Origin: Oikopleura dioica
Lineage: Eukaryota > Animalia > Chordata
Length of the DNA stretch: 64,000 bases
Direction of reading: 5' to 3'
Assembly (NCBI GenBank): GCA_907165135.1
Contig: OU015568.1
Location: forward strand, 3,968,001-4,032,000
The notes under the pieces were generated by a model that saw only the letters and a program-made list of their open reading frames with translations, was not told the DNA's origin and made no database searches. This document shows, in pieces, positions 36,110 through 49,600 of this stretch. The translations under genes were made by a program, and so were the position numbers. The first letter of the stretch is position 1; each line of letters begins with the position of its first letter.

Positions 36110-37429
36110 AGGAACCGAGCACGACTTGCACCGGCGCGCAGACTTACAATGAAGACTTGACCGATAATGGCTTCTTGTCACTTCTTGGCGAGGGACTTTA
36201 CATCGACAAGGTCACAGTCGGTAAGAGATTCGACTAGAAACAAAGTCATCACCCGCTTTATTTCAGGGCGAGGCAGTGAGGAGGTCCCGTACAACGATCC
36301 TTCCTACGATGGCGATGTAATCTTCCACAACGAAGGTGACAAGGTGCGAGTCGGCTGCCAACTTGGCTACGATAACGGCGTCGGAAAGCCATTTACAGCT
36401 GCTGAATGCGTCTGTGAGACAGGGCTCTTCTTCGATCATTTTTTAAGAGAGCAACGGAGAAAGAGCCCTGTGATAGCAAGGAGATTGCAGCTTCCAGTTC
36501 GTAAATAACCCGAACTTCAACTGCGTCAGCCACGAACAAGGACAGCAGATTCCCATCTGGGCTGGAGGAAATTTCAACTCCATCAGGGTAGCGATTTCTA
36601 AGCACTTTCTACTCACCGCTATTCTTTTCAGAAAGTTTTCCCATCCTACTTCGTGATGAAAGCGCGAGTCTCCGACCTCTTGAAGGCAGAAAAATGGGAC
36701 TTCGATACCGTCGATACAAAAGCGCATCCTGAGTACCTCGATCCTAACTACTGGAAGACCGCTGACTTCACCCTCTTCATCTGGTGCCCCTTCGATGTCA
36801 CCAAGGGTGGATACAACGGGAATGATGGTAAAATTACTGTCGCGGACTTTTACGAGGCGGAGCACTCTCCTGATGGACATCTCTGGTCGTTCTTGTCGAG
36901 ATCGAAGACTAAGCTTTTCAAGGTTTGTTTCAATTTAATCAACATTAATACCATCATTTAAAATACCTTGTTCTACAAATGGCATAAAATTAATCGCTTT
37001 CATCAGAGTAAATTCTCGCCGGAAAACACTTAATTGAAATTACTAAATTTTTTTTATTTTTATGTATTTATAGTATTTACTTATTTCATTTTCTAGACTC
37101 CACGATGCATCCCCAACAAAGAAACCGGCCTGGTCGAATGCACCTACAGATCGTACTACTTCCAAGCCTACGTTGACCGCTCAATGAACCCCGACGAGCA
37201 GGGACCAGTCGACATCAACACTGAAATCGTCCCCGGCGAGACCTGGACTTGCGAGACCGGAATTCTCCCCGGCCACCAGAAGTACGCCATCACTGGCTTG
37301 ATGAACTACTACGAGATGTTCCAAAACGGCACTTTCGAAATGATGCCCAAGTACTTCCGAGATCCTCCGGCTCATATTTTGCCAGTTGAGGAATCCAAGA
37401 AGAAGAAATCACGAAAGAACCAGCTCTAG
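36110..37429 (+). CDS. Cys-containing, probably secreted protein with a sushi/CCP-like module; first exon not located
   Basis: Spliced: EPSTTCTGAQTY.../...VRVGCQLGYDNGVGKPFTAAECVCET/QGDCSFQFVNNPNFNC.../KVFPSYF...LFK/TPRCIPNKETGLVECTY...WTCETG...KKSRKNQL*. Confidence 0.65.
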
Positions 37430-37668
37430 AAAATCAGCCCTAAATCGACCCTGAACGAAATCAAAAGAAAATGACCAACAAAAGAGAAATATTTTCTGAC
37501 CAAGTTTTCTCTTTTTGTTTTTGTTCATTTTCTTCATTTCTGTCCCTTTTTTGAATATCAACTGAGAAATATTACCGTCAAGAAAATACAAATTTCAATC
37601 AGCCTCGGAAACTGTAAAGAATAAAATAAGGAAAATTTTTATTTACAAAAAGCATCAGATTTTCGAAA

Positions 37669-40600
37669 TCAAGGAAGAGGGCGAAGAACAATGAGGGTTT
37701 CCGCGAATGAGCCTTCTACTTCTGCCAAGAGCTTGAAGAAACCAATCGATTTTGTTCGATCGAGAGGGACGGATAATCGGATGTTAATCAGATTGTAGCC
37801 TTTTGAAAGACGGCCGGATTTTTCGGTGACGATTTCGGGGACCTTGTTCGTATCGCTAGAATTTGATTGATAAGCTGAATTACTCTTTCTTTTCAAACCT
37901 TTGGATGATTGACCATTTTCCCGCCTTTTCCGCTAGGCAGGGAATTTCGAGAATTCCAGACTCGTACCAAAAATTGAAAACTTCTTCGTCGAACGAAATT
38001 GAATCATCCTCACTTATCGAGTCGAACTTGATGAAATCACCGACATCAATTGGTTCCAGAGTGTCCAAATCGTCGTCGTCGAGAATTTCTAGCGCGTAGT
38101 CGGCTTCAGAAGAGGTGGTGGACATTGAATCGACTGACGCGAGCTGCGAGTATTTTGGTCGAGAGAAAGTTGGAAGAGCGGGGAGGATTCGAATGGACGT
38201 CTCGTAGTTTCGCATGATATCGACAGAGGATTTTTCTGCGTTTCCAAGCGTCATCGAGAAGTTTCGCTCTTCTAGCGATCTTGGGCCGAGGTTGAGGCTG
38301 AGATCTTTGTAAACATCAGTTGGACCGAAGCGGATTTTGCCGGCGACGTCTTTTGTGCAAAAGAAATCGCGGCCTTCTTGAGCCGACCCATCTTGAGTGA
38401 AGATCAGAGCATCTTTAGCGCGGCCGATACTTCCTCGCCGGCGGACTCGGACGGAGATCCTTAAAATTACCAAAAATTATTCTCAAAATCAAGTTACTTT
38501 TTCGAGTTGGGGGAAATATTAATCTCGGGCGAGCAAAATTCCAAATATCCGCTTCCGTTCGGCATCGTTTCCAATCCATCAACACTGATTTGAATCTCGT
38601 TTGGAGGATCATCTGCTGGATCAGTAAGAACGTTACAGTTAGTATTTGGTGAAATTCGGCAGGTGAAGTATTTCGCTCCTTCGGCTTGAGAGAAGAGGAA
38701 AGTGGGTTTGAAATCGACGCTGACGGATGTGTATTCGTCGCCTTCCTGGAATCTGAAAAAAGCGATGAGAAACCATAATTTGGTTTCGAAAATGGGAAAA
38801 GCGATTTTATGAAGAAGTCAAAATAATGAATCTGACTTATAATTATAAACCCTTCTTAGCCATCTTGCGAAATCTGACAACACGATTATGTTTTAAAATC
38901 AATAGACAAAGAATATACCTGGCAACACCAGAAAGCTCCGCAAACAAGTCCTGATCGCTTTCAAGATTCTCCGACCAGATCTCCCAATTCACCGCGCACA
39001 CTTGAGAAGTATCCCCAGTTCTTGCGAGCTGGAAGTCAAGCTTGGTTTCTTCAAGATTCACAGAAATATCAGGAGTGTCAAAGATGACAGTCGAAAACAA
39101 CGTTTGAGTCTCGCGGGTGACGACATCTCGAACTCGGAGCTTAAGTTTATCATGAACCTAGAAATCGATTTGGAGAGGGAAAAGAGAGGGGCGCTTACGG
39201 TCTTGATTTCGGTTGCGGTTTTACGAATCAAAAATGGAAGAGGGATGATTCTGCGTTTGACCTTTTCCGCGGCGGATTCGTTTTCAGCCGGTTTTTCTCG
39301 GACGGAATCGTTTAGGTCATCGATGGACAGATTGTCGGTGAAGTCTTCTGGAAGCATTTCATTATCCATAAGCTAAAAATGGAATAAAAAGCGAACTTCT
39401 TTGAAAAATTTACCTTCGAGATCAACCTATCCATATCAAGTCGAGCAAGAGCTTGCCTGGCCTCCAAATCATCAATTGCAGGAGTCACCTCATTGTTCAA
39501 AATATCCTCCGACAGCTTTCGCTCCTTCTCGGCAGCGTCGAGCTCGTTCTTAAGATCTTCTCCCGCTTGAGATCCAAGACGCTCTTTTTCTTCGAGCTGC
39601 TCAAGTTGGAGACGCAACTTTGCAAGATCAAATTCGACGCTCTCGATTTGAAGATTTTTTTCAACTGATTTCTGGTTTCAAAATGTAAGGGAAGAAATTA
39701 GTGATCAAAATTTTTTTTGGAAATTTTGAAACCAAGCGAGTGTTAATCGTATTATTTCGACGCTTTTCTTCTCGTCGGTGATTTGATCAAGCAAGGAGGA
39801 TATTAGTGAGTCTTTTTCGTTTGTTAGTTTCTCGATTTTCGATTTGAACTCGTCGTCTTTCTCGCTTATTTTCCTTGCGATTTCAAGAAAGCGATTTTCC
39901 AGCTCGATTGCGAGTTTTTCAAGGGTTTCGATTTCTTCATCCTTTTGGCTGATTTTGCTCCAAAGGGACTTATTTTTCTCCTCGAGGATTGGAACTTGAT
40001 TCCGTTTGAACGATAACTGGACCCAAAGCTGGTCGTATTTTAGTTTTTGTTCTTCGATCACGTGGTTTAGATTTTCGATTTCTGATTCGAGCGATTCGGA
40101 TTTTGATCGTTCCTGTTTCAGAAGATCTTCGTAGTCATTAAGATTTTTCTTGTATTCGTTGATTTCTATGTCTTTTTCGTTCCCACAGGTTGTACAAGCA
40201 TTGAGTTTAGCTTCCAAATCAGCTCGCTCGTCTGTCAAATCACGCTTTTTTGGAGTTTTTGAAACAAAATTTTTGAAGAATATTTTTAGCGGAATTCGAA
40301 AACTGGCCTGAATTTGCTTCAAAATTTCCTTTTCGTCTTCTAGAGCCTTAATTCTATGCAATGATTTGCCTTGCTCCTCGATGAGTCGTTGGATTTCATC
40401 GTTGAGATCGTCGATGATTTTTTGAAGAGCTTTGTTTTCTTCTTCGCTTTCTTTGATGGATGTTCTGTATTCGAATGAAGAATAAATTGACGAAGATAGA
40501 TAGACCATAAATTTGATTCTTTATTGTTAAAAAAGTTTAAATTTATCGCTTTCTTTGAAAATAATTTTAAACGATCCCCATCGATTAGGAATTTAGAAGA

Positions 40601-43600
40601 GATTTCATATATATATATCCAATTCATAAATGATGACATCTCGTAGATAAATGAGTTCGTTTATTTGCAGTGGCTTAACGTTTTCGGAACAGCAAAAGTT
40701 CCATCATCAGAGCCGAAGTCTTGGAGTTACTTGTAAACCTTCCAAAAACAGACAAACGTACCTTTTGGTGAAAACTGCAGAACTGATCAAGCTCCCAAAA
40801 ACAATCATCCCTCCAGATAGTGTTCTAGAGAATTTAACCCATTAAAAACTCAAAAATTTGTCAGAGGCTCCTGCTCAATTTTACAATGCCTCTGCCTGGT
40901 ATTACAAAATAAAGATTTTCCTATGCTGTATCTGTTTGTTTAAACTGGGATTTTTCAACGAAATTTCAAGTCCCTCTACTTGTTTTCGTTTGTCATACGA
41001 TCGTTGAAAAATCCCAGTTTAAACAAACAGATACAGCATAGGAAAATCTTTATTTTGTAATACCAGGCAGAGGCATTGTAAAATTGAGTAGGAGCCTCTG
41101 ACAAATTTTCGAGTTTTTAATGGGTTAAATTCTCTAGAACACTATCTGGAGGGATGATTGTTTTTGGGAGCTTGATCAGTTCTGCAGTTTTCACCAAAAG
41201 GTACGTTTGTCTGTTTTTGGAAGGTTTACAAGTAACTCCAAGACTTCGGCTCTGATGATGGAACTTTTGCTGTTCCGAAAACGTTAAGCCACTGCAAATA
41301 AACGAACTCATATATCCAATTAATAAAAAAAGATCATCATTCCGCGCCTGAGTGAGAACACATCCTCAATATCAACATCCTCTGCCATGGAAGACTCGAT
41401 CATCTCCGCATCTCTGAATGGCGTCTGCACGACAATGTCATTTTCCCACTTGAGATCAAGAACTTCTTCATCTTGCTCCACCTTAGCTGTCTTCAACTCT
41501 TCGATTTCTTTCTCAGCCTTTGCTTTCGCTTCTCTGAGTTCATCAATAAGCTTTTTAAGCTCTTCAATTTCCTCTCCCGCCGCCTTGAGCGACACCTTCA
41601 TTTCAAAAGCATTAAGTTCGGTTTTACCGCTTTCCTTCTCCAACTCCGCAATTCGATCTTTCAACGACTTGATGCCAATGTCTTTTGAAGGTTTTGGATG
41701 TCAAATCATTTATGTTATTTTCTTGCTTTGTAATTTTGAGGTTAAGATTAGTAATGGACTCTTTGATGAATTCAAAATTTTTGGTGATAATGATTTGTGA
41801 GCTTTGCACGTTCTCCAGGTCGATTTCCAATTTCGATTTTTGAAGCTTGAGTGTTGAGACGTCCGATTCTAGCGATCGCTTTTCTGTTTCAAGGGTCTTC
41901 TTCTCGGATTGTAGGTTCGAGACTCTGTTGCCAATTTCTTTCAGATTTTTCTCCAGCACTGCATTCGCCTTTTCGATGTCTTGCAGAAGACCGTTAAGTT
42001 TATATACTTGAGCATCTTGCGCAGTTTTATCAGCTTGAAGTTGCTTGTTGTCATTTGTAAGGGCATTATTTTCGTCTTGAAGCTTTCGAACAAAGCTTCG
42101 AATTGTCACGAAATTTGCAGAAACTACATTGTTGGCTGCAATGATACTTTCCAGCTGATTCTCGAGGTCGATGTTTTTCTGCTTGAGGCTTTCGTTCTTC
42201 TTTTCTGAAGCTTGTAATCGTCCTCCAAGGTTGTCTCTCTCCAGGATAACAGCATCAAGAGATGATTTGGCCGAATCAAGTTTACCGTCAAGCTCGCTTA
42301 TTTCTTGAATTTGATCGTCGATCTTTTTCTGTTTTACGTCATTTTCTTTAACAAGAGCGAGTCGTGCAGTTTCATTTACCTTCAACTGCTTCTGAAGTTC
42401 GATTTTCGTAACTTCGAGCCGCTCATTTTCTTCTCTCAGGTCATCAACAAATTCGGAAATCAGCTTGAAATTGCTATGGACGATCACATTGGCGTTGGTT
42501 AATTTTTGAATGAGAACATCTGCATCCTCCTTTTCCTTCGTAATTTTCTTCAATTCATTCTCTAACATCTCTTTCTCATCCATAACCACGTCGTGAACTT
42601 TAGTCAGAGCATCGAAATCGTCTTGTAGATCTTCTTTCTCCGACTTCAGTCTGTCCTTTTCGTCCTTTGTCTGTTGAAGGTCAGAAGAAAGCTGATTCTT
42701 TTCTTCTTCGAGGATTTCAATTTTTTCGTTGAGAATGTCGATTTGGTCATTCAGGTCCTTAATTTTTCTTCATCAAGTTTCACCTGATTGACGGCGATCA
42801 TCTTCTCTTCATTCAATATCCTCTTTGATTCCTTCAGCGATTCATGATCCATTTCAAGCTTTGCTTTTGAAACTTTAACTTCGTCGAGTTCTTTCGACAT
42901 ATTTGCGAGATGATCCTTGAGCTGTTTCAGATTTGCTTCAAGAATCTTGCTCATGTCTGAAACATTATCCAATAAAACATGAGCCTTTTTCAATTCTTCT
43001 TGAAGCGCGATATTTTCTCCTCGAAGAGTGTTGATCTGCTTCCGAAGACTGTCAACATGCTTTTCGACCAATTCGAAATTTCCCTTGAGAACAAAAATTG
43101 CATCAGTCAAACTTGCGTTGAGTTTGATGGCAGCATCCCTTTCTGTGGAAAGCTCGATGATCGTCCTGTTGAGATTGTCGACTTCCTTTTTGATCAAATC
43201 GAAATTGGCCTTGAGAGTTGTGTTCGCATCCGTCAAGCTGACATTGAGTTTCTTTGCAGCATCCCTTTCTGCAGTTAGTTCGGTGATCGCCTTGTTGAGA
43301 GCGTCGACTTCCTTTCTGACCAAATCAAAATTGGCCCTGATGACTTTGTTCGCATCGGTCAAGCTTGCATTGAGTCTGTTGGCAGCATCCTTTTCTGCAG
43401 TGAGGTTGGTGATCGTCTTGTTAAGATCGTCAACTTCCTTTCTGACTAAACCGAAATTCGCCCTAAGAACTGTGTTCGCATCAGTCAAGCTTGCATTGAG
43501 TCTGTTGGCGGCATCTCTTTCGGCAGTTACGACGGTGATCGTCTTGTTGAGATCGTCGACTTCCTTTGTGACCAAATCGAAATTGGCCTTGGTTACTGCA

Positions 43601-46600
43601 TTCGCATCTGTCAAGCTTGCATTGAGTTTGTTGGCAGTATCTCTTTCTGCAGTGAGGTCGGCGATCGTCTTGTTGAGATCGTCGACTTCATTTTTGACCA
43701 AATCGAAATTCGCCCTGATGACTTTGTTCGCATCGGTCAAACTTGCATTGAGCTCGTTGGCAGCATCTCTTTCTTCAGTAACGCTGGTGATTTTCAAATT
43801 CAATGCGTCCACTTCATTCTTGACAATGTGGAAATTCGCGGTAAGAATGATGTTTGAGTTCTCAAGATCGAGAATTAGCTTATCAGCAGCCTTTTTATGA
43901 TTTTCCAAAATAGTTTTCTCCTTTTCCAAACCATAGATTTTGTCTAGAAGGTCAGAAACATGTCCAGCAACCTGCTTGAAATTAGCTTCAACAATCTTCG
44001 CAAGACTTTGTAAATTTTCAATTGTCTTATTCGCCTCATCAATATCTCCCGTCAGCTTTGCGCTTTCGCCGTCTTTTTCCGTAATCGTCTCAGTTAAAGT
44101 GACAATGTTACTTTCGAGGGATGAAATGGTTAGATGATGTTTTTGGATAATTGCATCTTTATCAGCAATTATCTCTGTTAGCGATGAATTTGTTTTGGTC
44201 AGTGATGAAATTTTTGACTTTTGGTGGAGAACCTTGGCTTCGAGAATTTTTATATTTGCTGCGAGGATTTTGTTCGCATCAAGATGATTTTCGTTGAGTT
44301 TTTGAGCATCGTCCCGTTCAGTTGTAAGGGTGTCGATTTCGTCTCCTTGGTCAATTATCATCTTCTGCAAAGATTCCACCTGATCATCAACCATTGAAAA
44401 ATTCGATTTCAGTACAAAAATCGAGGCTTCAAGATTTTGGTTGAGTTTTTGAGCATCGTCTCGCTCAGTTGTAAGCTTGTCGATTTCCGATTCTTGCTCA
44501 GCTATCTTCTTATTGAGAGAAACCACCTGGTCTTTAACCTTCGAGAAATTTTCTTCGATAATGAAGTTTGCATTTCCAAAGTCAACGATGATGTCATCAG
44601 CTTCTTTCTTCGCTTCTTTCAAATCTTCGTGCTCCTGTTCAAGCTTTGCTTTCTCCGTCTTGACAACAGCAAGTTCTTCAGACAAATCATCAAGATGTTT
44701 GTTCAATTTCTCCAAGTTTCCTTCGAGAATCTTGCTCATATCTGTCATATTTTCCAGAAGAAGTTGGGACTTCTCAAGATCTTCCTCAAGAACAGCCACT
44801 TTCTTGTTGGCGATGAAGAAATTTTGTGTCAAGATAACAGTACCAGCGGCAAGATTTTCATTGAGTTTCTGAGCAGAAGAAGTAACGGATATTCGTTCAT
44901 TCAAAAGGTCAACTTGATCTTTGACAAGCTTAATGTTTGCTTCCAAAATAGAATTGGCGCCGACAAGGCTTTCGTTGATCGTCAAGGCATTGTCTCTTTC
45001 TGAAGTAAGAGTGGCAACTTGTTGATTAAGTGAATCAACTTGGTTTTTGACCTTGCCGAAATTCGCTTTTAGGATCACCGTGGCACTGAGAAGATCCTCG
45101 CTTAGTTTCAAAGACTCATCCCTTTCAGAAGTAAGATCGGCAATCTTCTGATTTTGTGAATCGACTTGGTCTTTCACCGTCTCAAAATTCGCTGACAAGA
45201 TAGCATTTGCATCCGAAAGATCCTTGATGAGATTTTTCGCGTCGTCCCGCTGAGTCGCAAGGTGTTCAATCTCATCTTCCTGGACGATTATCTTCTGTCT
45301 GAGAGAATCCACCTGGCATTCAATCGTCGTGAAATTCGATTTTATAATCAAATTCGATTTTTCCAGATTTTGATTGAGTTTTTTGGCAGAATCTCGTTCA
45401 GTTCTGAGGTTTTCGATTTCCATTTGTTGATCAGCTATCGTCTTTTGGAGAGAGTCAACCTGATCTTTGACCGTCGAGAAGTTCGCTTCGACAATCATGT
45501 TCGCGTTTACGAAGTCAACAATTAGTTCATCAACTTCGTTTTTCGCGATTTCAAGGTCGTCAAACTGCTTCTGCAGAGCTGTCCTCGAATTTTCCGATGA
45601 CGTGAGCTTAATTTGAAGATCTGATTTTTCTGACTCAAGAGTGCCGATCTGATCTCGCATAGCTTTAACGCCGTCGATGATGAATTTGAAATTACCATTG
45701 ATGATCGTATTTGCACTTTCGTAGTCTTGGATAAGTTCATCAGCGATTCTTTTAGCGTCAGAAAGATCATGATATTTTTGACTAAGCAAATCGTGGTCTT
45801 CTTCGAGTTGTGCTTTTTCAGATTTGACATCAGAGAGTGCCACAGACAGTTCGTCGAATTGTTGTTTAAGTTTCATCAGGTTGCCTTCAAGAATTATGCT
45901 CATATCGGTCATGTTGTCCAATAGCAATTGAGCGTTTTCAAGTTCTTCCTCAAGATTTTTCTTATCCGATCTAAGCGTCGAGATCGTTTGATTAAGTCCT
46001 TGAACATGGTTGTTGACTAAACTGAAGTCAGCTTCCAGAATAACTGTAGCATCAAAGAGATCCTTATTGAGGTTCTTAGCTTCGTCCCTCTCAGCAGTAA
46101 GAGCGTCGATGTTTCGGCTAAGAGAGTCCACTTGATCATCGACTTTTTTGAAATTCGCCAATAAAATTGTGTTAGAATCCCGTAGATTCTCATTTAGCTT
46201 TTGAGCTCCATTCTTCTCAGAAGTAAGATCAGCAATCTGAAGATTCAAGGAAGCAACCTGGTCTTTTACAATCGCGAAGTTTGCTGCCAGAATAACATTA
46301 GAATTCTGAAATTCCTCATTCAAATCTTTCGCATCGTCCCTTTCTTTCGTTAGATTCGTGATTTGGAGTTCCTTAAATGCTACGTCATCATTCAAATCAG
46401 ATATCTGATTGTTCAGCAAATCGACGCGGTCTTTGACTATTCCCAAGTTTTCAGCAACGATGACGTTAGATTTTGCGAGATCGGAAACAAGACCGTTCGC
46501 CAAATCCCGTTCATCCTTGAGGTTGGTAATTTGACCGTCTTTAGCAGCTACTTGATCTTGTAGATCGGATATTTCTTGATTCAAGGACTCAACTTTATCC

Positions 46601-49600
46601 TCGACAATTTTGAAATTTTCAGCAATGATGATGTTAGAGTTTTCAAGGTCTGAGTTCAGATTTTTTGCTGCGTCTCTTTCCTCCGTAAGACTGCTGATAC
46701 GAAGGTCTTTAGCAGTCACTTGATCATGCAGATCCGAAATTCGCTGATTTAGGAAATCGACTTGATCTTTGACCTTCTCGAAATTCTCTGTCAGAATGAT
46801 GTTTGAGTTTTCGAAGTTAGATATCAGTTCTTTGGCCGCGTCTCTTTCATTTATTAGGTTGGTGATTTGAAGATCCTTAGCAGTAACTTGATCTTGAAGA
46901 TCCGAAATTCGTTCATTCAAGGAATCCACCTGACTTTTGACCGTTTTGAAGTTGGCTGCTAGAATGATACTTGCATCAAAAGGATTCCTATTGAGTTTCT
47001 CAGCGTTTTTCTTCTCAGTTGTAAGACTGGCGATTTCGAGATTCAACGTATCAATTTGATCATTCAACGACTTGAAAGTTTGGGCAATTATGACGTTCGA
47101 GTTTTGTAGATCAGTAATCAATTGATCAGCAATTTTCTTCTGCTCCTCAATTTTCGTTTTCGCTTCTTCCGTTGCAGTAAGTCTGCTCTGAAGATCTGTC
47201 TTTTCAGACTCAAGAGAACTGATCTGACTTTGGAGAGTTTTGACAGATTCACTGATGAACGTCAAATTACCGTTAATAATTGTTTTTGCGTTTTCGTAGT
47301 TTTTAATAAGTTCATCGGCGATTCTTTTTGCTTCAGAAAGATCACTGTACTTTTTATCAAGTAGATCCTTCTCAATCTTCAGCTTCGCATGTTCTTGATC
47401 CAAGATCTTTTTCGACTCTGTAAGACCATCAAAATCGCCCTGAAGCTTTGCTTTTGACGCCTTGACATCAACAAGCTCTTCAGTTAAATCCGTAACATGA
47501 TTCTTGATCTTCTTCAAATTTGCTTCGAGAATCTTGGTCATGTCATTCATGGTCGCCAATCGAAGCTTGTTGTCTTCAAGGTCTTTCTGAAGCTTTTGAT
47601 TTTCGCCTTGTAGTTGATCGTTATTGTTTTCAGATTTCTCAAGTTTTGCTTCAAGGTCCTTTTTCATCGCTTTCAGGTCGTCGATTCGCGCTTCTTTTCG
47701 CTTCTTATAATCGTCAAATTTAGCTTGAAGATCATTTTTCTCAGAAGTAAGCGCAAGAATATCCAATTGCTTTTCGATAACCTTCGCCTTTAGATCGTAG
47801 ATGTCGTCGCTTCCGTCAAACAGACCCTTCTTTTTCTTCTTATCCATGCGACCACTTTCGACAGAGGTATCGAGTGGAGTCACCACAACGATCGATTTTT
47901 CCCATTCGTAGTCTTCGATGAGAAGTCTTTGCTTCTCATTTTCTTCCTGAAGATCTTTCACATCATCCTTGAGGCGAATGATCGTTGAATCTTGATCCTT
48001 GATCTTGTCATTCATGGTAAGAGCGAGTTTCTGAAGCGTTTCGAAGTTAGCCTTGATGACGATGTTTGCATTTTCATAGCTCTGGATGAGAGCATCAGCT
48101 TTTCGTTTTTCATCAGACAGGGAATCCACTTGGTCTTTTAACAGATCAAAATTTGCCATCAAGATGATGTTGGCATCAGAAAGTCTGCTGATCAGATTGT
48201 GAGCATCGTCTCTTTCCGTAGTTAGATCATCTCGTTGAACACCGAGGTCGTCAACTTGCTGATTTAGGGCACCAACATTGCTTTTGAGCAAACTGAAATT
48301 TGCCTGGAGAATTGTGTTTCCATCGACCAGGTTCGCGTTCAGTTTCTGAGCAGCATCTCTCTCATTTGTGAGGTCCGAAATTTTCTGCTTCAGGGAATCC
48401 ACTTGATCTTGGATAATCTTGAAGTTCGCTTCGAAAATAATGTTGCCACCGACAAAGTTCTCATTGAGTTGCTGTGCCTTTCCAAGTTCTTTCTCCAGTG
48501 TGCCAATGTTATTTTTGAGGGATGAAATGGTTAGCTCATGATTGGTGATAATGCTGTTCTTATCATCAATGGAAGTTGTTAGAGATGAAATTTGTGTATT
48601 CAAGTCAAAAACCTTGGCTTCGAGAATCTTGAAGTTCGCAGCGAGAACTTTGTTTGCATCAAGAAGATTAACGTTAAGTTTTTGAGCGGCGTCGCGTTCT
48701 TCTGTCAGATTTGTAATTTGATCTTGTTGAACAGCTATCTTCTTATTTTGAGAATCAACTTCATCTTTCAACATCAAGAAATTTGCCTCTATGATGGTGT
48801 TAGAATTAACAAGGTCGACGATGAGCGCATCAGATATTTTCTTTTGCTCTTCAAGCGCTAACTTGTCAGACTCAAGAGAGCTGATTCGATCTTGCAGAAC
48901 TCTTACAGCGTCGACCAGAAGGTTGAAATTTGCTTCGATGACAATTCTAGCATAGTCCTTGTTTTCGAGAAGCTCATCTGCTTTTCTCTTCGCCTCAGCA
49001 AGATTATCGTAATTATCTTGAAGCGTTTGAAGCGATTTCTGAAGAGCTGATTTTTCATCTTTCAAAGTTTGGTTGTCATCCCTAAGTGACTGGACAAGAT
49101 CAGCTAGGAGCTTGGAATTTCCGTCGACCACAGTATTTGCGTTCTGGAGATCTTCGAGCTTGTTCTCCAAATCAGATTTGATCGTTTTCAGATCACCATT
49201 TTCAATCCTTAGAGATTTGACAGCGTCGACTAAGATCTTGAAGTTGGCCTCGATTACAATTTTGGCGTTGATATAGTCTTGAAGCTTCTTTTCCAAATCA
49301 GCTTTGTCGGCCTTGAGGGTTGCAATTTCATCCCTGAGAGATTTGACAGCGTCGACGAGAAGCTCAAAATTGGCTTCGATGACAATTTTTGCCTTCAAGA
49401 AGTCATCAATTTGTTTTTCGAGGTTCGCTTTGTCGGCTTTCAAGCTATCGTTTTCTGTCCTCAGAGATTTGACAGCGTCAACCAAAATCTTAAAGTTTGC
49501 CTCGATGACAATCTTAGCATTCGAAAAATCTTCGATCTGTTTTTCCAGATTTGTTTTTGTGACCTTCAGATCATCGTTTTCGGCTCTCAATGCTTTGACA

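Noticed and set aside
40651-41311. Two identical 64-aa ORFs on opposite strands
   Set aside because: A by-product of the palindrome, with no protein features
42753-42778. 26-nt GT-AG micro-intron as the join between the 3113-aa ORF and the next ORF
   Set aside because: Shorter than any other intron here, and the retained sequence fits the repeat pattern (QVKLDEEKI); a 1-nt homopolymer slip is simpler, though splicing is not excluded
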